Assembly: GCA_043777795.1 (NCBI GenBank)
Contig: JAYWHJ010000090.1
Span: 2,687-66,686, forward strand
DNA from: Polaromonas sp.
GTDB lineage: Bacteria; Pseudomonadota; Gammaproteobacteria; Burkholderiales; Burkholderiaceae_C
Direction: 5' to 3'
DNA length: 64,000 nucleotides
The notes beneath the pieces are model-generated. The model was not told the origin of the DNA and made no database searches. It was given only the letters and a program-made list of their open reading frames with translations. The position numbers were made by a program, and so were the translations under genes. Positions 19,699 to 29,473 of this stretch are shown piece by piece; positions within the stretch are counted from its first letter, which is position 1; each line of letters starts with the position of its first letter.

Positions 19699-20739
19699 TT
19701 ATTGCAAACCCGCTGGCGCAGTTACTAGCGAGTCATTGGCGGGCAGGTTTGAGTCCGTATCGGAGTCTGCATCGATCCTGCCCCCAGATGCCGCCCCCTC
19801 GTAGGTGTATTTGGACCTTCTGGTGGAGGTGGTAATAGCGCGGCACAAGTACAGGGCATACAAGTCGCGCAGGAGTTGTTCCTCGCCGTCCTGCCACACG
19901 CTGGTGAGGAATTCGTAGGTGCAAGGTTTGTCGCCCAACCATTGCAGCAGCCGATTGTGGCGAGGGTAGAGCATGCCAGCGCGTACGCGCGGCAGGCGAC
20001 GCAGATAAATCGGCATGCGCTGGTAACGCGCTGGTAATACAAACTGCTTGCAATGCATGGCAAAGATCCATTCGACCTCTTCGATCATCCACACTGAGAA
20101 ACCCTCCTGTGGGCTGTGGGCTGTGGCTGGGCGACGCTGCCAAGCCACATCGTCCAGATCCATGGGACGCAGACCATCACGCATGGCGATACGGCGTAGG
20201 GGCACATCCACGACCGCATCAAGGACTCCGCCTCTAATGAGGTGAAAGGTGTGCCCATCGTCCAGCTCACGCCGACGGTCAATCAGGTGGTAGGCCAAAG
20301 CATACGCCGTACGAAGCGGCCTTAACAAGGCTTCGAAACTTTGGCAGGCTCGCTGCACACTGCCCTCATCCTGCAACACGACATGCACCACATTGCTGGG
20401 CAGCACCTGGGCAAGCTCGTTTGTGCAAGTACCGCTGATACCGTAGGGCACGGCCAGCTCTGACGGCCGCACACCGATCAGGTTGGGGTGCTGCGGATCC
20501 GAATGAAAGTGGAGAATATTGGCAGCATCCCACCGGGCTTGCTCCGTATTGAGCAGCAAAGCGTTCGCTTCGCGAAAATCAGTGATGCGCCACACCGGGC
20601 GGTTGAAAAAATTGACATCATCTTCCATCCCGGCTGTGGGCATGGGCTGCGCCAAATTTTTGTCCAAAATGCTCTGTAGACTTGCCCTTTGCTCACTAGA
20701 AAACCCAATCAAACCCAAATTCAATTGCGGATGCTGCAT
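19699..20739 (-). CDS. Uncharacterised protein, paralogue 1 (346 aa)
   Basis: GGGAG lies 8 nt upstream of the ATG. No motif I recognise. Homologous along its whole length to the next gene (MQHPQLNLGLIGF..., DDGHTFHLIRGGVLDAVVDV..., PIYLRRLPRVR...). Confidence 0.7.
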   Translation of the reverse strand: MQHPQLNLGLIGFSSEQRASLQSILDKNLAQPMPTAGMEDDVNFFNRPVWRITDFREANALLLNTEQARWDAANILHFHSDPQHPNLIGVRPSELAVPYGISGTCTNELAQVLPSNVVHVVLQDEGSVQRACQSFEALLRPLRTAYALAYHLIDRRRELDDGHTFHLIRGGVLDAVVDVPLRRIAMRDGLRPMDLDDVAWQRRPATAHSPQEGFSVWMIEEVEWIFAMHCKQFVLPARYQRMPIYLRRLPRVRAGMLYPRHNRLLQWLGDKPCTYEFLTSVWQDGEEQLLRDLYALYLCRAITTSTRRSKYTYEGAASGGRIDADSDTDSNLPANDSLVTAPAGLQ

Positions 20740-20882
20740 GCAGAACTCCCGTTCACCGGAGAAACTATGGATAAATACTTTAGGGACTCTGTAGCATTTT
20801 TACCCACCGCGAGATTTTGCACTTTTACAAACAGGATGAATAGTAGCTATTTAGACTAGTTGGCGAAAAGTGTCCTAGATAT

Positions 20883-20906
20883 TACTTTTACTTTTACTTT
20901 TACTTT
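20883..20906. repeat. Hexanucleotide microsatellite (TACTTT)x4
   Basis: Perfect four-unit tandem repeat in the 184-bp spacer between the two paralogues. Confidence 0.9.
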
Positions 20907-20923
20907 TGCAGCAGCCGGCGCGA

Positions 20924-21967
20924 CTAGTACAGACCGGAGCGCATTGTTTTTAGCTCGAAGGGCAATTTGCTATGCGCTTGCGCCTCAGCCTCTGAAAATC
21001 CAAGTTGATCTGCCCATCCTGGGAGCGAGCTTGGGGGCTCAGCAATGTCTTTCGGCGGTGTGGTGGTGATAGCGCGGCAAGCCAAAAGCAAAGACAAATC
21101 GCGCTGCAATAGGTCTGACTGCACTGGAAAAGCCTGTGCCAATTGTGGGTAAGTACGTGGCTGTTGGCCCAGAAATTCCAGCAAATCCATTTGTCTGGGG
21201 TAGATCATCCAGGGGCGCACCTTGGGCGGCTGGCGCAAATAGATGGGCAAGCTTAAGAATCGCTTGGGCAGGCTGACCGAGATGCTGTGCTGCGCATACG
21301 TCCAAGCCAACTCATCCATGGACCATTGGGTAAAACCTGGCGGCAGAGTGTTAGCTGACAAGGGGCGTGACAACCAGTAAGCCTCTTCCAAAGCCTCCGG
21401 TTGTTGTGAATTCCGCATCATCACGCGGCGCCCAGCGACATCGACCACAGCCTCCAGCAAACCGCGGCGCACCAAATGGAAAGTGTGGCGGTCGTCGATC
21501 TCGGTCTGGCGCGTTTGGAGCAGCTGCGCCATCGCAAACAAGCTGCGTACACCATGTAAAGCGCCTTCAAATTTTTCCAGCGCGATTTTCAAGCTCATGG
21601 CGTTGCCAAGGTCGATGCGAGGCGCATCGAGCGCCATCCAGGCTTGCTGGGATTGGCCCATATTGCCCACCAAGGCATAGGGTATGCGTAGCTCGGAAGG
21701 GCGCACACCGACCACATCGGAGTACTTTGAGTCTGCTGGGAAGCGCACTATCTGCTGGGCGTCCAAACTGGCGTGTTGGGTGCTGAGCAGCAGCGCATTG
21801 GCTTCTTGGTGGTGCGTAATTTGCCAAGGAATTGGGCTGCGAAAACTGCTCTTTTTCGGCACTCCCTCGCTGGCAAAATTGGCTTGCAACGCCAAAAACT
21901 GCTCGACCAACGCACGCTGTTCGGCGGTAAAGCCGACCAATCCTAGGTTCAAACGGGGATGTTGCAT
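20924..21967 (-). CDS. Uncharacterised protein, paralogue 2 (347 aa)
   Basis: Start set at MQHPRLNLGLVGF by homology with paralogue 1 (the track ORF extends to 22021). Confidence 0.65.
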   Translation of the reverse strand: MQHPRLNLGLVGFTAEQRALVEQFLALQANFASEGVPKKSSFRSPIPWQITHHQEANALLLSTQHASLDAQQIVRFPADSKYSDVVGVRPSELRIPYALVGNMGQSQQAWMALDAPRIDLGNAMSLKIALEKFEGALHGVRSLFAMAQLLQTRQTEIDDRHTFHLVRRGLLEAVVDVAGRRVMMRNSQQPEALEEAYWLSRPLSANTLPPGFTQWSMDELAWTYAQHSISVSLPKRFLSLPIYLRQPPKVRPWMIYPRQMDLLEFLGQQPRTYPQLAQAFPVQSDLLQRDLSLLLACRAITTTPPKDIAEPPSSLPGWADQLGFSEAEAQAHSKLPFELKTMRSGLY

Positions 21968-22107
21968 GTCAAAAGATACTTCTGTCGGGGAAGACACATG
22001 ACGGGGTGATAGCCGCGGCAAGTGTCTATTTTAATGCAAAGGTTCGCAGGAATAGACGCTGACTCCTTACTGGCTGTCACATCGGTTAACCTACACGCAA
22101 GCACGCC

Positions 22108-23460
22108 CTATTTGTGACTGATGCGGGCAGCGAGCGCCACCAAAAATAGCACCGGAACGCCCAGCAGCGAAGTACCGATAAAGAATGCAGAATATCCATA
22201 AGCGTCCACAAACTCGCCCGAAAACCCGGCAATGAACTTGGGCAGGAGCAGCATCATGGAGCTGAACAGAGCGTACTGCGTGGCTGAGTAATTGATATTG
22301 GTCAGACTGGACAGGTAGGCAATAAAGGCGGCCGAGGCAATGCCGCTGGACAGGTTGTCCGCCGAGATCACCCAGACCAGCGCATTCACATCGTGCCCGC
22401 GAGTGCCCAGCCAGGCAAACAGAAGGTTGCTCACCGCCGAGAGCACGGCACCCAGCATCAGCACCCGCATCACGCCCCAGCGCATCGACATCACACCGCC
22501 AATGAACGCACCCAGCAAAGTCATGATCACACCAAACACTTTGGTCACCGCCGCCACCTCGTCTTTGGTGTAGCCCATGTCCACATAAAACGGATTGGCC
22601 ATGATGCCCATCACCACGTCGCTGATGCGGTAGATAGCAATCAGCGCCAGGATGAGTGCGGCCTGCCATTGGTAGCGTTGGATGAAGTCGGCAAAAGGTT
22701 CCACCAACGCGCTTTGAAGCCACTCTCGTATGTTTTTAGCAGCTGGTAACTCTTTGCGCGCAGGCTCAGCCGAGAGCAGCACCGTGATGGTGCCCACCAA
22801 CATGGACGCCGCCATCCAGAGGTAGGCGGTTTGCCAAGCGGCATGCTGGTAGGTGGCCGCGTTGGAGGTTTCAGCCCGGGCGGCGATCCACAACACGCCC
22901 GCGCCCGCCCAGATCATGGCCATGCGGTAGCCGGTTTGGTAGGCGGCTGCCAGGGCGGCTTGGCGCTGGGCATCGGCGCTCTCAATCCGGAAGGCATCCA
23001 AGGCAATGTCTTGTGTCGCAGAGGCCACAGCCACGACCAGGGCACACCACACTACGGGCATGAGCGCTACTTTGGGATCATTCAAAGCCATACCCACAAT
23101 GCCCGCCATAATGGCGGCCTGCGAGAAGAGCAACCAGCTGCGCCTGCGCCCCATCAGGCGGGTGAGAATGGGAATCGGCATACGGTCCACCAGCGGAGCC
23201 CAGCACCATTTGAACCCGTAGGCCAGACCGACCCAGCTCAGATATCCGATCGTAGCGCGGTTAATGCCTGCCTCACGCAGCCAAAAGCTTAGTGTGCCCA
23301 GCACCAGCAGCAGGGGCAGCCCAGCAGAAAAGCCCAAGGTGAGCATGCGCAACGTGGTTGGTTCTGCATACACCTTGAAGGTTTGCAGCCACGTCATTTG
23401 GGCAGGCGTCGCTACCTCAGCGGTGGCGGAACTGGTGCGAGAGTGGGTGGCTTGCGTCAT
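22108..23460 (-). CDS. ampG: AmpG-family muropeptide MFS permease
   Basis: MFS with LGFSAGLPLLLV..., WVGLAYGFKWCWAPLVD. ATG 23460 overlaps the waaF stop (ATGA). Confidence 0.75.
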   Translation of the reverse strand: MTQATHSRTSSATAEVATPAQMTWLQTFKVYAEPTTLRMLTLGFSAGLPLLLVLGTLSFWLREAGINRATIGYLSWVGLAYGFKWCWAPLVDRMPIPILTRLMGRRRSWLLFSQAAIMAGIVGMALNDPKVALMPVVWCALVVAVASATQDIALDAFRIESADAQRQAALAAAYQTGYRMAMIWAGAGVLWIAARAETSNAATYQHAAWQTAYLWMAASMLVGTITVLLSAEPARKELPAAKNIREWLQSALVEPFADFIQRYQWQAALILALIAIYRISDVVMGIMANPFYVDMGYTKDEVAAVTKVFGVIMTLLGAFIGGVMSMRWGVMRVLMLGAVLSAVSNLLFAWLGTRGHDVNALVWVISADNLSSGIASAAFIAYLSSLTNINYSATQYALFSSMMLLLPKFIAGFSGEFVDAYGYSAFFIGTSLLGVPVLFLVALAARISHK

Positions 23461-24518
23461 GCCTGCATCATAGCGAGGCGCACTCGGACCAAGACCTGCT
23501 GAGGCGTGATGTCTTGCAGGCAGCGGGTGTGGCCGAGCGGGCACTCGCGTTCAAAGCAGGGTGCACAGTCTAGCGGTGGCTGATAAGAGGCATCGCTTTT
23601 GAGCCACAGTACCTGTGCGGCACTGCTGAGCGGCGGGGTGTGCAGCGGGCTACTGGAGCCGAAGATGGCGACTTGAGGTGCGTCCATGGCAGCGGCTACA
23701 TGCATTAAACCGGAATCGTTGGTTACTATAATTTTGCTAGCTGCCTGCGCATGAATTGCTTGCGTAAGCGAGGTTTTACCCGCTAAATTAGTGGTGTGCT
23801 GCGAGGCCAGGGCCATAATCTCATCGCACAATGTGGCGTCTTTGCCAGAGCCAAATAGCAGCACCGGTACATCCAGCTGCTGGGCCAGCGCAGCAAAGTG
23901 CGCGGCGGGCCAGCGCTTGGCGCTGCCGTACTCTGCGCCGGGCACGAAAATGGCGTATTGGCCGCGCTGCAAGCCAAGAGCATTGAGCGTTGCTTGGACA
24001 TCTGCCTCGCTCACCTTGAGCCGAGGGCGGTCTTGGTCAAAATCTGCTTCGCCACTCAGCGCAGAGTAAAACGCCACCATCGGCGGGCGCTTGTCTTTGC
24101 TGGGATTTTTGAGGCGATGGGTCAGCAGCCCCACCCGCGCTTCGCCCAAATAGCCTACGCGCTTGGGCACGCCTGCCAGTAGCGGCAACAAGGCGCTTTT
24201 GAGCGAGTTGGGCAGCACATAGGCGGTGTCAAAGCGACCTTCAATCTGCTTGGCTATGCTGCGCCGGCTTTTGAGTTGCAAGCCGCCGTGGGCAAAGGGG
24301 AACTCAATCACCTCAGCGACTTGGGGCATGCAGCGGTACACCGGGGCTACCCAGGGCAGTGCGCCGACGGTGACACGTTCGCCGCGCGCATGCAGGCGGC
24401 GCAAAAGCGGCTCGGTCATTACCGCGTCGCCGATCCACTGGGGGGCGATGACTAGACTATTGCTCACTGCATTGGAAAGGGATGAGGCTTGCAATGGGGT
24501 CCGATCCCCAATCAGCAA
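23457..24518 (-). CDS. waaF: ADP-heptose:LPS heptosyltransferase II
   Basis: VIAPQWIGDAVMTEPLLRRL..., VTNDSGLMHVAAA GT9 motifs. Confidence 0.75.
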   Translation of the reverse strand: MLIGDRTPLQASSLSNAVSNSLVIAPQWIGDAVMTEPLLRRLHARGERVTVGALPWVAPVYRCMPQVAEVIEFPFAHGGLQLKSRRSIAKQIEGRFDTAYVLPNSLKSALLPLLAGVPKRVGYLGEARVGLLTHRLKNPSKDKRPPMVAFYSALSGEADFDQDRPRLKVSEADVQATLNALGLQRGQYAIFVPGAEYGSAKRWPAAHFAALAQQLDVPVLLFGSGKDATLCDEIMALASQHTTNLAGKTSLTQAIHAQAASKIIVTNDSGLMHVAAAMDAPQVAIFGSSSPLHTPPLSSAAQVLWLKSDASYQPPLDCAPCFERECPLGHTRCLQDITPQQVLVRVRLAMMQA

Positions 24519-24585
24519 GACGACCGTGCTGGGACGAGAGGTGCATAAACGAAATTGGGCTCTGGTCCGTTTTCAAACTGGGGTT

Positions 24586-24786
24586 TCAGTGCCCGCCTAC
24601 CTGCTCGCCCGCTTTGAGCTTGTATTGCGTGCCGCAGTAAGGGCACTTGACCTGCTCGTTGTGGCCCAGATCGAGAAACACGCGGGGATGCGAGTTCCAA
24701 AGGTCCATACCCGCCAGCTTGTTGGGGCAAAACACACCGCCTTGGGGGTTCAAGTCGGAGGCTTTGAGTTCGATAGCTTTGCTCAT
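24586..24786 (-). CDS. Zinc-finger (zf-CHCC) domain protein
   Basis: 66 aa ending VKCPYCGTQYKLK. Confidence 0.7.
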   Translation of the reverse strand: MSKAIELKASDLNPQGGVFCPNKLAGMDLWNSHPRVFLDLGHNEQVKCPYCGTQYKLKAGEQVGGH

Positions 24787-24792
24787 GGATGC

Positions 24793-25737
24793 TTAAACCT
24801 TTGACAGCCAGCTGGCGTATTTGGGGTTACGGCCGTTGACGATGTCAAAGAACGCAGCTTGGATTTTCTCTGTAATCGGGCCGCGCGAGCCGCCGCCGAT
24901 CTCAATACGATCTAGCTCACGGATCGGGGTCACTTCGGCTGCGGTACCGCTAAAAAAGGCTTCGTCAGCGATGTAGATTTCATCACGGGTGATGGCTTTC
25001 TCTTTCAGCTCAATCCCCAGATCCTTGCAAATCGCAAAAATCGTGTTGCGGGTAATACCGTTCAACGCTCCAGCGCTCGAGTCTGGCGTGTAAACCACGC
25101 CCTTGCGCACCACAAACACGTTCTCTCCAGCGCCTTCAGACACAAATCCTTGCGGGTCCAGCAACAGGGCTTCGTCGTAGCCTTCGTCGGTGGCTTCCAT
25201 ATTGGCCAAAATCGAGTTGGTGTAGTTGCTCACGGCCTTGGCGTGGATCATGGTGATGTTGACATGGTGGCGGGTGAAGCTGGAGGTTTTGACGCGGATG
25301 CCGCGCTTCAAACCTTCGTCGCCCAAATACGCACCCCAAGGCCAGGCCGCCACCATCAGGTGGATGTCGTTGCCCTTGGGCGATACACCCAGCTTTTTGT
25401 CGCCGATCCAAGTCAGCGGGCGGATGTAACAGCTAGGCAGCTTGTTGACACGCACCACATCGAGCTGCGCTTGCATGACTTCTTCTTTGGAGAAAGGAAT
25501 TTTCATGCGCAAAATCTTGGCGCTGTTAAACAGGCGTTCGGTGTGCTCTTCCAGACGGAAAATACCAGTGCTGCCGTCGGCCAAGTGGTAGGCGCGCACG
25601 CCCTCAAACGCGCCGCAGCCGTAGTGCAGGGTGTGGGTCAGCACGTGGATCTTGGCATCGCGCCATTCGACCATCTGGCCATCCATCCAAATTTTGCCAT
25701 CGCGGTCAGACATGCTGGTGGGTGCTGCGGTTGCCAT
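24793..25737 (-). CDS. ilvE: Branched-chain amino acid aminotransferase
   Basis: DRDGKIWMDGQMVEWRDAKIHVLTHTLHYG... Start chosen at ATG 25737 (GAAGGA upstream); ORF open to 25770. Confidence 0.85.
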   Translation of the reverse strand: MATAAPTSMSDRDGKIWMDGQMVEWRDAKIHVLTHTLHYGCGAFEGVRAYHLADGSTGIFRLEEHTERLFNSAKILRMKIPFSKEEVMQAQLDVVRVNKLPSCYIRPLTWIGDKKLGVSPKGNDIHLMVAAWPWGAYLGDEGLKRGIRVKTSSFTRHHVNITMIHAKAVSNYTNSILANMEATDEGYDEALLLDPQGFVSEGAGENVFVVRKGVVYTPDSSAGALNGITRNTIFAICKDLGIELKEKAITRDEIYIADEAFFSGTAAEVTPIRELDRIEIGGGSRGPITEKIQAAFFDIVNGRNPKYASWLSKV

Positions 25738-25781
25738 GTTTGCGGTTCCTTCGGGGGTGATTGGGTTCAAAACCCTAGATT

Positions 25782-26219
25782 TTACGCGGCGCGGGACGTA
25801 TCGGGCGCAGCATCGGGTGCATCCCCGGACTGCTCAGGCCGCCACAGCGCAAACTCGGTGAGCTTGCCACCGACAAAGGTGCCCGTGACATGCGAGCCAC
25901 CGGTGTCTGTCCAGCGGTAAACCTCTGGCTGGGTATCTTTTTCGGTTTGCAGCGCGCCCAGGCTTTTGGTCATGGCGGTCACATGCATTAAATTGACACC
26001 GGATTTGAGCTTGGCATTGAGCATCACCGCACTGGCCACATAACCCACTGGCGCGTCGGCTGCGCGCCGCAGCACCGCCATCATGCGGGTAAAGTGCATC
26101 AGCATCCAAAACACAATGCCGCCCACTACCAAGGCCACGCCAGCCCAGCCAAATTTGGTGTACGACACGGCGATCAATAGGGCACCTACGGCCCAGAGAA
26201 AAGGAGTTTGCAATTTCAT
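25782..26219 (-). CDS. Hypothetical membrane protein
   Basis: 145 aa with two N-terminal TM helices; immediately upstream of ilvE. Confidence 0.55.
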   Translation of the reverse strand: MKLQTPFLWAVGALLIAVSYTKFGWAGVALVVGGIVFWMLMHFTRMMAVLRRAADAPVGYVASAVMLNAKLKSGVNLMHVTAMTKSLGALQTEKDTQPEVYRWTDTGGSHVTGTFVGGKLTEFALWRPEQSGDAPDAAPDTSRAA

Positions 26220-26306
26220 AGGGCGTATTGTCGCAGCACGGCATTCAGTGCGGGTTGCGCGAACTACCTAGCCGGCTGTGTGCGCAGTGATGCACCTGTT
26301 GTTTTA

Positions 26307-26355
26307 GGCCTTTGGCGCAAAGAAGCATTGCGCTAATAGCTATTTTTTTAGTAGC
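26307..26355 (+). repeat. Family-A repeat copy, intergenic
   Basis: GGCCTTTGGCGCAAAGAAGCATTGCGCTAATAGCTATTTTTTTAGTAGC. Confidence 0.55.
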
Positions 26356-26433
26356 AATTTTTGTCCATGCAATCAAAGCCGAGACAATCTCTGGCAACCC
26401 CAGCTTGCCCAACTGCGGGTAGACTCAAGCGCC

Positions 26434-27621
26434 ATGCATACTTCTCAAGACATTTCCCGCCGCGCGCTACTGCACGCGCTGGCTGCCAGCGCACTGTCGG
26501 CGTCTGGGTTTGCCTACGCACAATCGCCAAGCAGCAAAGGCGGCCCACGCCTGCGTTTGATCGGGCACAGCACCTTGCCTCACAAACTGCAGTTCCAAGG
26601 CACCACGGTGGGCGGTTTGAGCGGGCTGGACTATGACAAAGAGCGCGGCGTGTACTACGCTATCAGCGATGACCGCTCCGACATCAACCCGGCGCGCTTC
26701 TACACCCTCAAGCTGCCGATCACCGGTGACAACGTGGGCGCGCCAGAGCTGCTCAAAGTCACCACATTGCAAGCCCCCAACGGCAAACCCTACCCTAGCC
26801 GCCGCAACGTGACACAGGACAGCGCCGAGGTGCCCGACCCGGAGAGCATTCGCCTGCGCGCGGCCACCAACACGCTGTACTGGACCAGCGAAGGCGACGC
26901 ACGCCATGGCTACCCACCGTTTATCCGCGAGATGCGCCTGGACGGCAGCTACGCCAGCCAGGTGCCGGTGCCCACGATGTTTGCCTTTGACAAGACCGGC
27001 AAAAGCGGCGTGCGCGACAACAAAGGCTTTGAGTCCTTGAGCTTTACGCCCAGTGGCGACACGCTGTGGGTAGCCACAGAAGCCGCGCTGGTGCAAGACG
27101 GCCCGATACCCGCAGTGGGTGTGCCTGGTGGGCCGATTCGCATGACCCAGTTTGCCACGCACAGCGCGCAGCCGTTTCGCCAGATTGCCTATCTCCCCGA
27201 CGCGATTCCTTTCGCACCCAGCTTGGGTGGTATATCGCCGCCTGCAGGCCTCACGCACGGTGCCATGGCTGACAACGGCGTGAGCGAGATTTGGATGGCG
27301 TCGGAGACCGGCATGCTGGTGCTGGAGCGCGCCTGGGCCTATGGCGTGGGCAACTCGCTGCGCCTGTACTGGATAGACACCAGCGAGGCTGACGACGTGC
27401 TCGACATGCCTGCGCTGCTAGGGGCCAAATTCAAGCCTGCAGACAAAGTGCTGTTGCTGGACTTTGCCAACGCCGGTTTGCTGCGCTTGGACAATACCGA
27501 GGGCATGACGCGAGGGCCTACGCTGGCCAATGGCAACCCGACTTTAGTGTTCGTCAGCGATGATAATTTCAACAGCACGCAAATCACCCAGTTTGTGGCG
27601 TTTGAGTGGCTGGCGGGGTAA
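26434..27621 (+). CDS. Secreted phytase-like esterase family protein
   Basis: Tat-like signal SRRALLHALAASALSASGFAYA; GGLSGLDYDKERGVYYAISDDRS motif. Confidence 0.6.
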   Translation: MHTSQDISRRALLHALAASALSASGFAYAQSPSSKGGPRLRLIGHSTLPHKLQFQGTTVGGLSGLDYDKERGVYYAISDDRSDINPARFYTLKLPITGDNVGAPELLKVTTLQAPNGKPYPSRRNVTQDSAEVPDPESIRLRAATNTLYWTSEGDARHGYPPFIREMRLDGSYASQVPVPTMFAFDKTGKSGVRDNKGFESLSFTPSGDTLWVATEAALVQDGPIPAVGVPGGPIRMTQFATHSAQPFRQIAYLPDAIPFAPSLGGISPPAGLTHGAMADNGVSEIWMASETGMLVLERAWAYGVGNSLRLYWIDTSEADDVLDMPALLGAKFKPADKVLLLDFANAGLLRLDNTEGMTRGPTLANGNPTLVFVSDDNFNSTQITQFVAFEWLAG

Positions 27622-27661
27622 TTTTGGCTCACACCTTGGGCACAGGGAAGAAGGACACGAT

Positions 27662-28474
27662 ATGAACGACAAAATAGCATTCATCGGCGGCGGCAATATG
27701 GCCAGCGCCATCATCGGCGGACTGATCCGCCAGGGCATGCGGCCCATGCAGATCATGGTGGTGGAGCCCTACCCTGAGCCGCACGCCAAGTTGAAAGCTG
27801 ATTTTGGTATTGAAGCCTTTAGCAACCCCAACGCGATGCTCACGCAAGCCGAAATCGTGGTGTGGGCAGTCAAGCCGCAAACCTTCAAAGAAGCGGCGCT
27901 GCAAACGCGCTTTCACACCAAAGAGGCGCTTCACTTTAGCGTAGCCGCTGGTATCCGATCCGACACCATCGCCCACTGGTTGGGTGCTGAGCGTGTGGTG
28001 CGCAGCATGCCCAACACACCCGCTTTAATTGGCAAAGGAATCACCGCCCTGTATGCGCGCCCTGCGGTGACGGCAGATGACCGCGCTGCTGTGGAGCGGG
28101 TGATCAGCAGCACAGGTGAGCACCTGTGGCTGGACCATGAAGCGCAGCTGGACGCGGTCACCGCCCTGTCGGGCTCTGGCCCGGCGTATGTGTTTTTCTT
28201 TATTGAAACCATGACCAAAGCGGGTATTGATATGGGCCTGTCCCCTGCGCAAGCCGCGCAGTTGGCCAAAGCCACCTTCGCGGGGGCGTCCGAGCTGGCA
28301 AAGGCCTCCGCCGAGCCACCCGAAGTACTGCGCCAGCGCGTGACATCCAAAGGCGGCACCACCCATGCGGCCATCACGTCCATGCAGCAAGACAACCTGG
28401 ACACCATGTTCATGCGCGCCATGCACGCAGCGCGGCGCCGGGCTAAGGAGCTGGGTGACGAGTTTGGCGGGTGA
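27662..28474 (+). CDS. proC: Pyrroline-5-carboxylate reductase
   Basis: IAFIGGGNMASAIIGGL..., SGSGPAYVFFFIE..., VTSKGGTT. Confidence 0.9.
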   Translation: MNDKIAFIGGGNMASAIIGGLIRQGMRPMQIMVVEPYPEPHAKLKADFGIEAFSNPNAMLTQAEIVVWAVKPQTFKEAALQTRFHTKEALHFSVAAGIRSDTIAHWLGAERVVRSMPNTPALIGKGITALYARPAVTADDRAAVERVISSTGEHLWLDHEAQLDAVTALSGSGPAYVFFFIETMTKAGIDMGLSPAQAAQLAKATFAGASELAKASAEPPEVLRQRVTSKGGTTHAAITSMQQDNLDTMFMRAMHAARRRAKELGDEFGG

Positions 28475-28490
28475 TTGCGCGAACTAAGAA

Positions 28491-28539
28491 GCTATATATT
28501 TTATAGCTGCCCTCACAATAATCTATTGACCTACAGGCC
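28491..28539 (-). repeat. Family-A repeat copy, intergenic (proC/GST convergent gap)
   Basis: GCTATATATTTTATAGCTGCCCTCACAATAATCTATTGACCTACAGGCC. Confidence 0.65.
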
Positions 28540-28559
28540 AATTAGCATCTTAAAAGTGA

Positions 28560-29174
28560 TCAAGCGGGCTTGGTGTCGATGAAGCTCTGGCGCAGAGCCA
28601 GCTTGTCGTCCAATTTGGCTAGGTTAGGATAATCCGCACGCCAGCTGATTTGCGGAAAGCGAAAATCCAAATAGCCGAGCACGCAGCCTACCGCAATGTC
28701 GGCCAAGCTGAAATGCACGCCTGCGCAATAGGCTTTGTCGCCCAACCCTTGGCTAATGGCTTTCAAGCTGGTGGTGATTTTGCCCATTTGGCGGTCGATC
28801 CAAGCTTGGCTGCGCTGCTCGGTCGTGCGGCCAGCCCAGGTGGCTTCCAGACGCGCCAAAATGGCGGCGTCCAGCACGCCGTCGGCCAATGCTTCCCAGG
28901 TCTTTACCTCGGCGCGCTCGCGGCCCATCGAAGGGATCAGCTTGCCCACGGGGGACAGCGTGTCGATGTACTCCACAATTACGCGCGAATCAAACAACGC
29001 CTCGCCGCCTTCCATCACCAAGCAAGGCACTTTGCCCAACGGGTTGGACTCGCTGATAGCGCTGGTGGCCGACCAGACGTCTTCTGCAACAAACTGAAAG
29101 TCAAGCTTCTTCTCAGACATGACGATGCGCACTTTACGTGCATAGGGGCTGGTAACTGCGCCGATGAGTTTCAT
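28560..29174 (-). CDS. Glutathione S-transferase family protein
   Basis: MKLIGAVTSPYARKVRI..., NPLGKVPCLV thioredoxin-like N-domain. Confidence 0.8.
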   Translation of the reverse strand: MKLIGAVTSPYARKVRIVMSEKKLDFQFVAEDVWSATSAISESNPLGKVPCLVMEGGEALFDSRVIVEYIDTLSPVGKLIPSMGRERAEVKTWEALADGVLDAAILARLEATWAGRTTEQRSQAWIDRQMGKITTSLKAISQGLGDKAYCAGVHFSLADIAVGCVLGYLDFRFPQISWRADYPNLAKLDDKLALRQSFIDTKPA

Positions 29175-29473
29175 GGGAATATGGCTTCGAGTAAATTATG
29201 CGTTGTGCTTGTTTCATTCTAGGGCATTCGCTGTGAAACTATGTGCAATAAGACGAACCTTAGTGCAGCACATTTAATTACATATTTACAAGTTAAAGCC
29301 TTTGTTAAGTTCTGACGCCATCATTTTTCGACCGATGCCCTCGTAATCATCGCGCAACTGTACCCGCGCAATGAGAAAATACCCACCACAACGCAGCAGC
29401 ATGTCTCATCCACGCTGGTTGCCAGACCACTAACCCGTACTTTCACCTTCATTTAAATTGCCCACTCCTTTTT

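Noticed and set aside
20883-20906. Possibility that the short tandem repeat marks a CRISPR array
   Set aside because: The units are 6 bp and contiguous with no spacers, and there are no cas genes in the window. It is a microsatellite.
23700-23790. Weak family-A-like similarity inside waaF (and at 46268-46310 in the Ldh2 gene)
   Set aside because: Identity to the consensus is only about 55-60% by hand. The encoded residues (…AASKIIVTNDSGLMH…, …LRAQAASIFIAAGS…) are normal conserved parts of those families, so the resemblance is probably coincidental.
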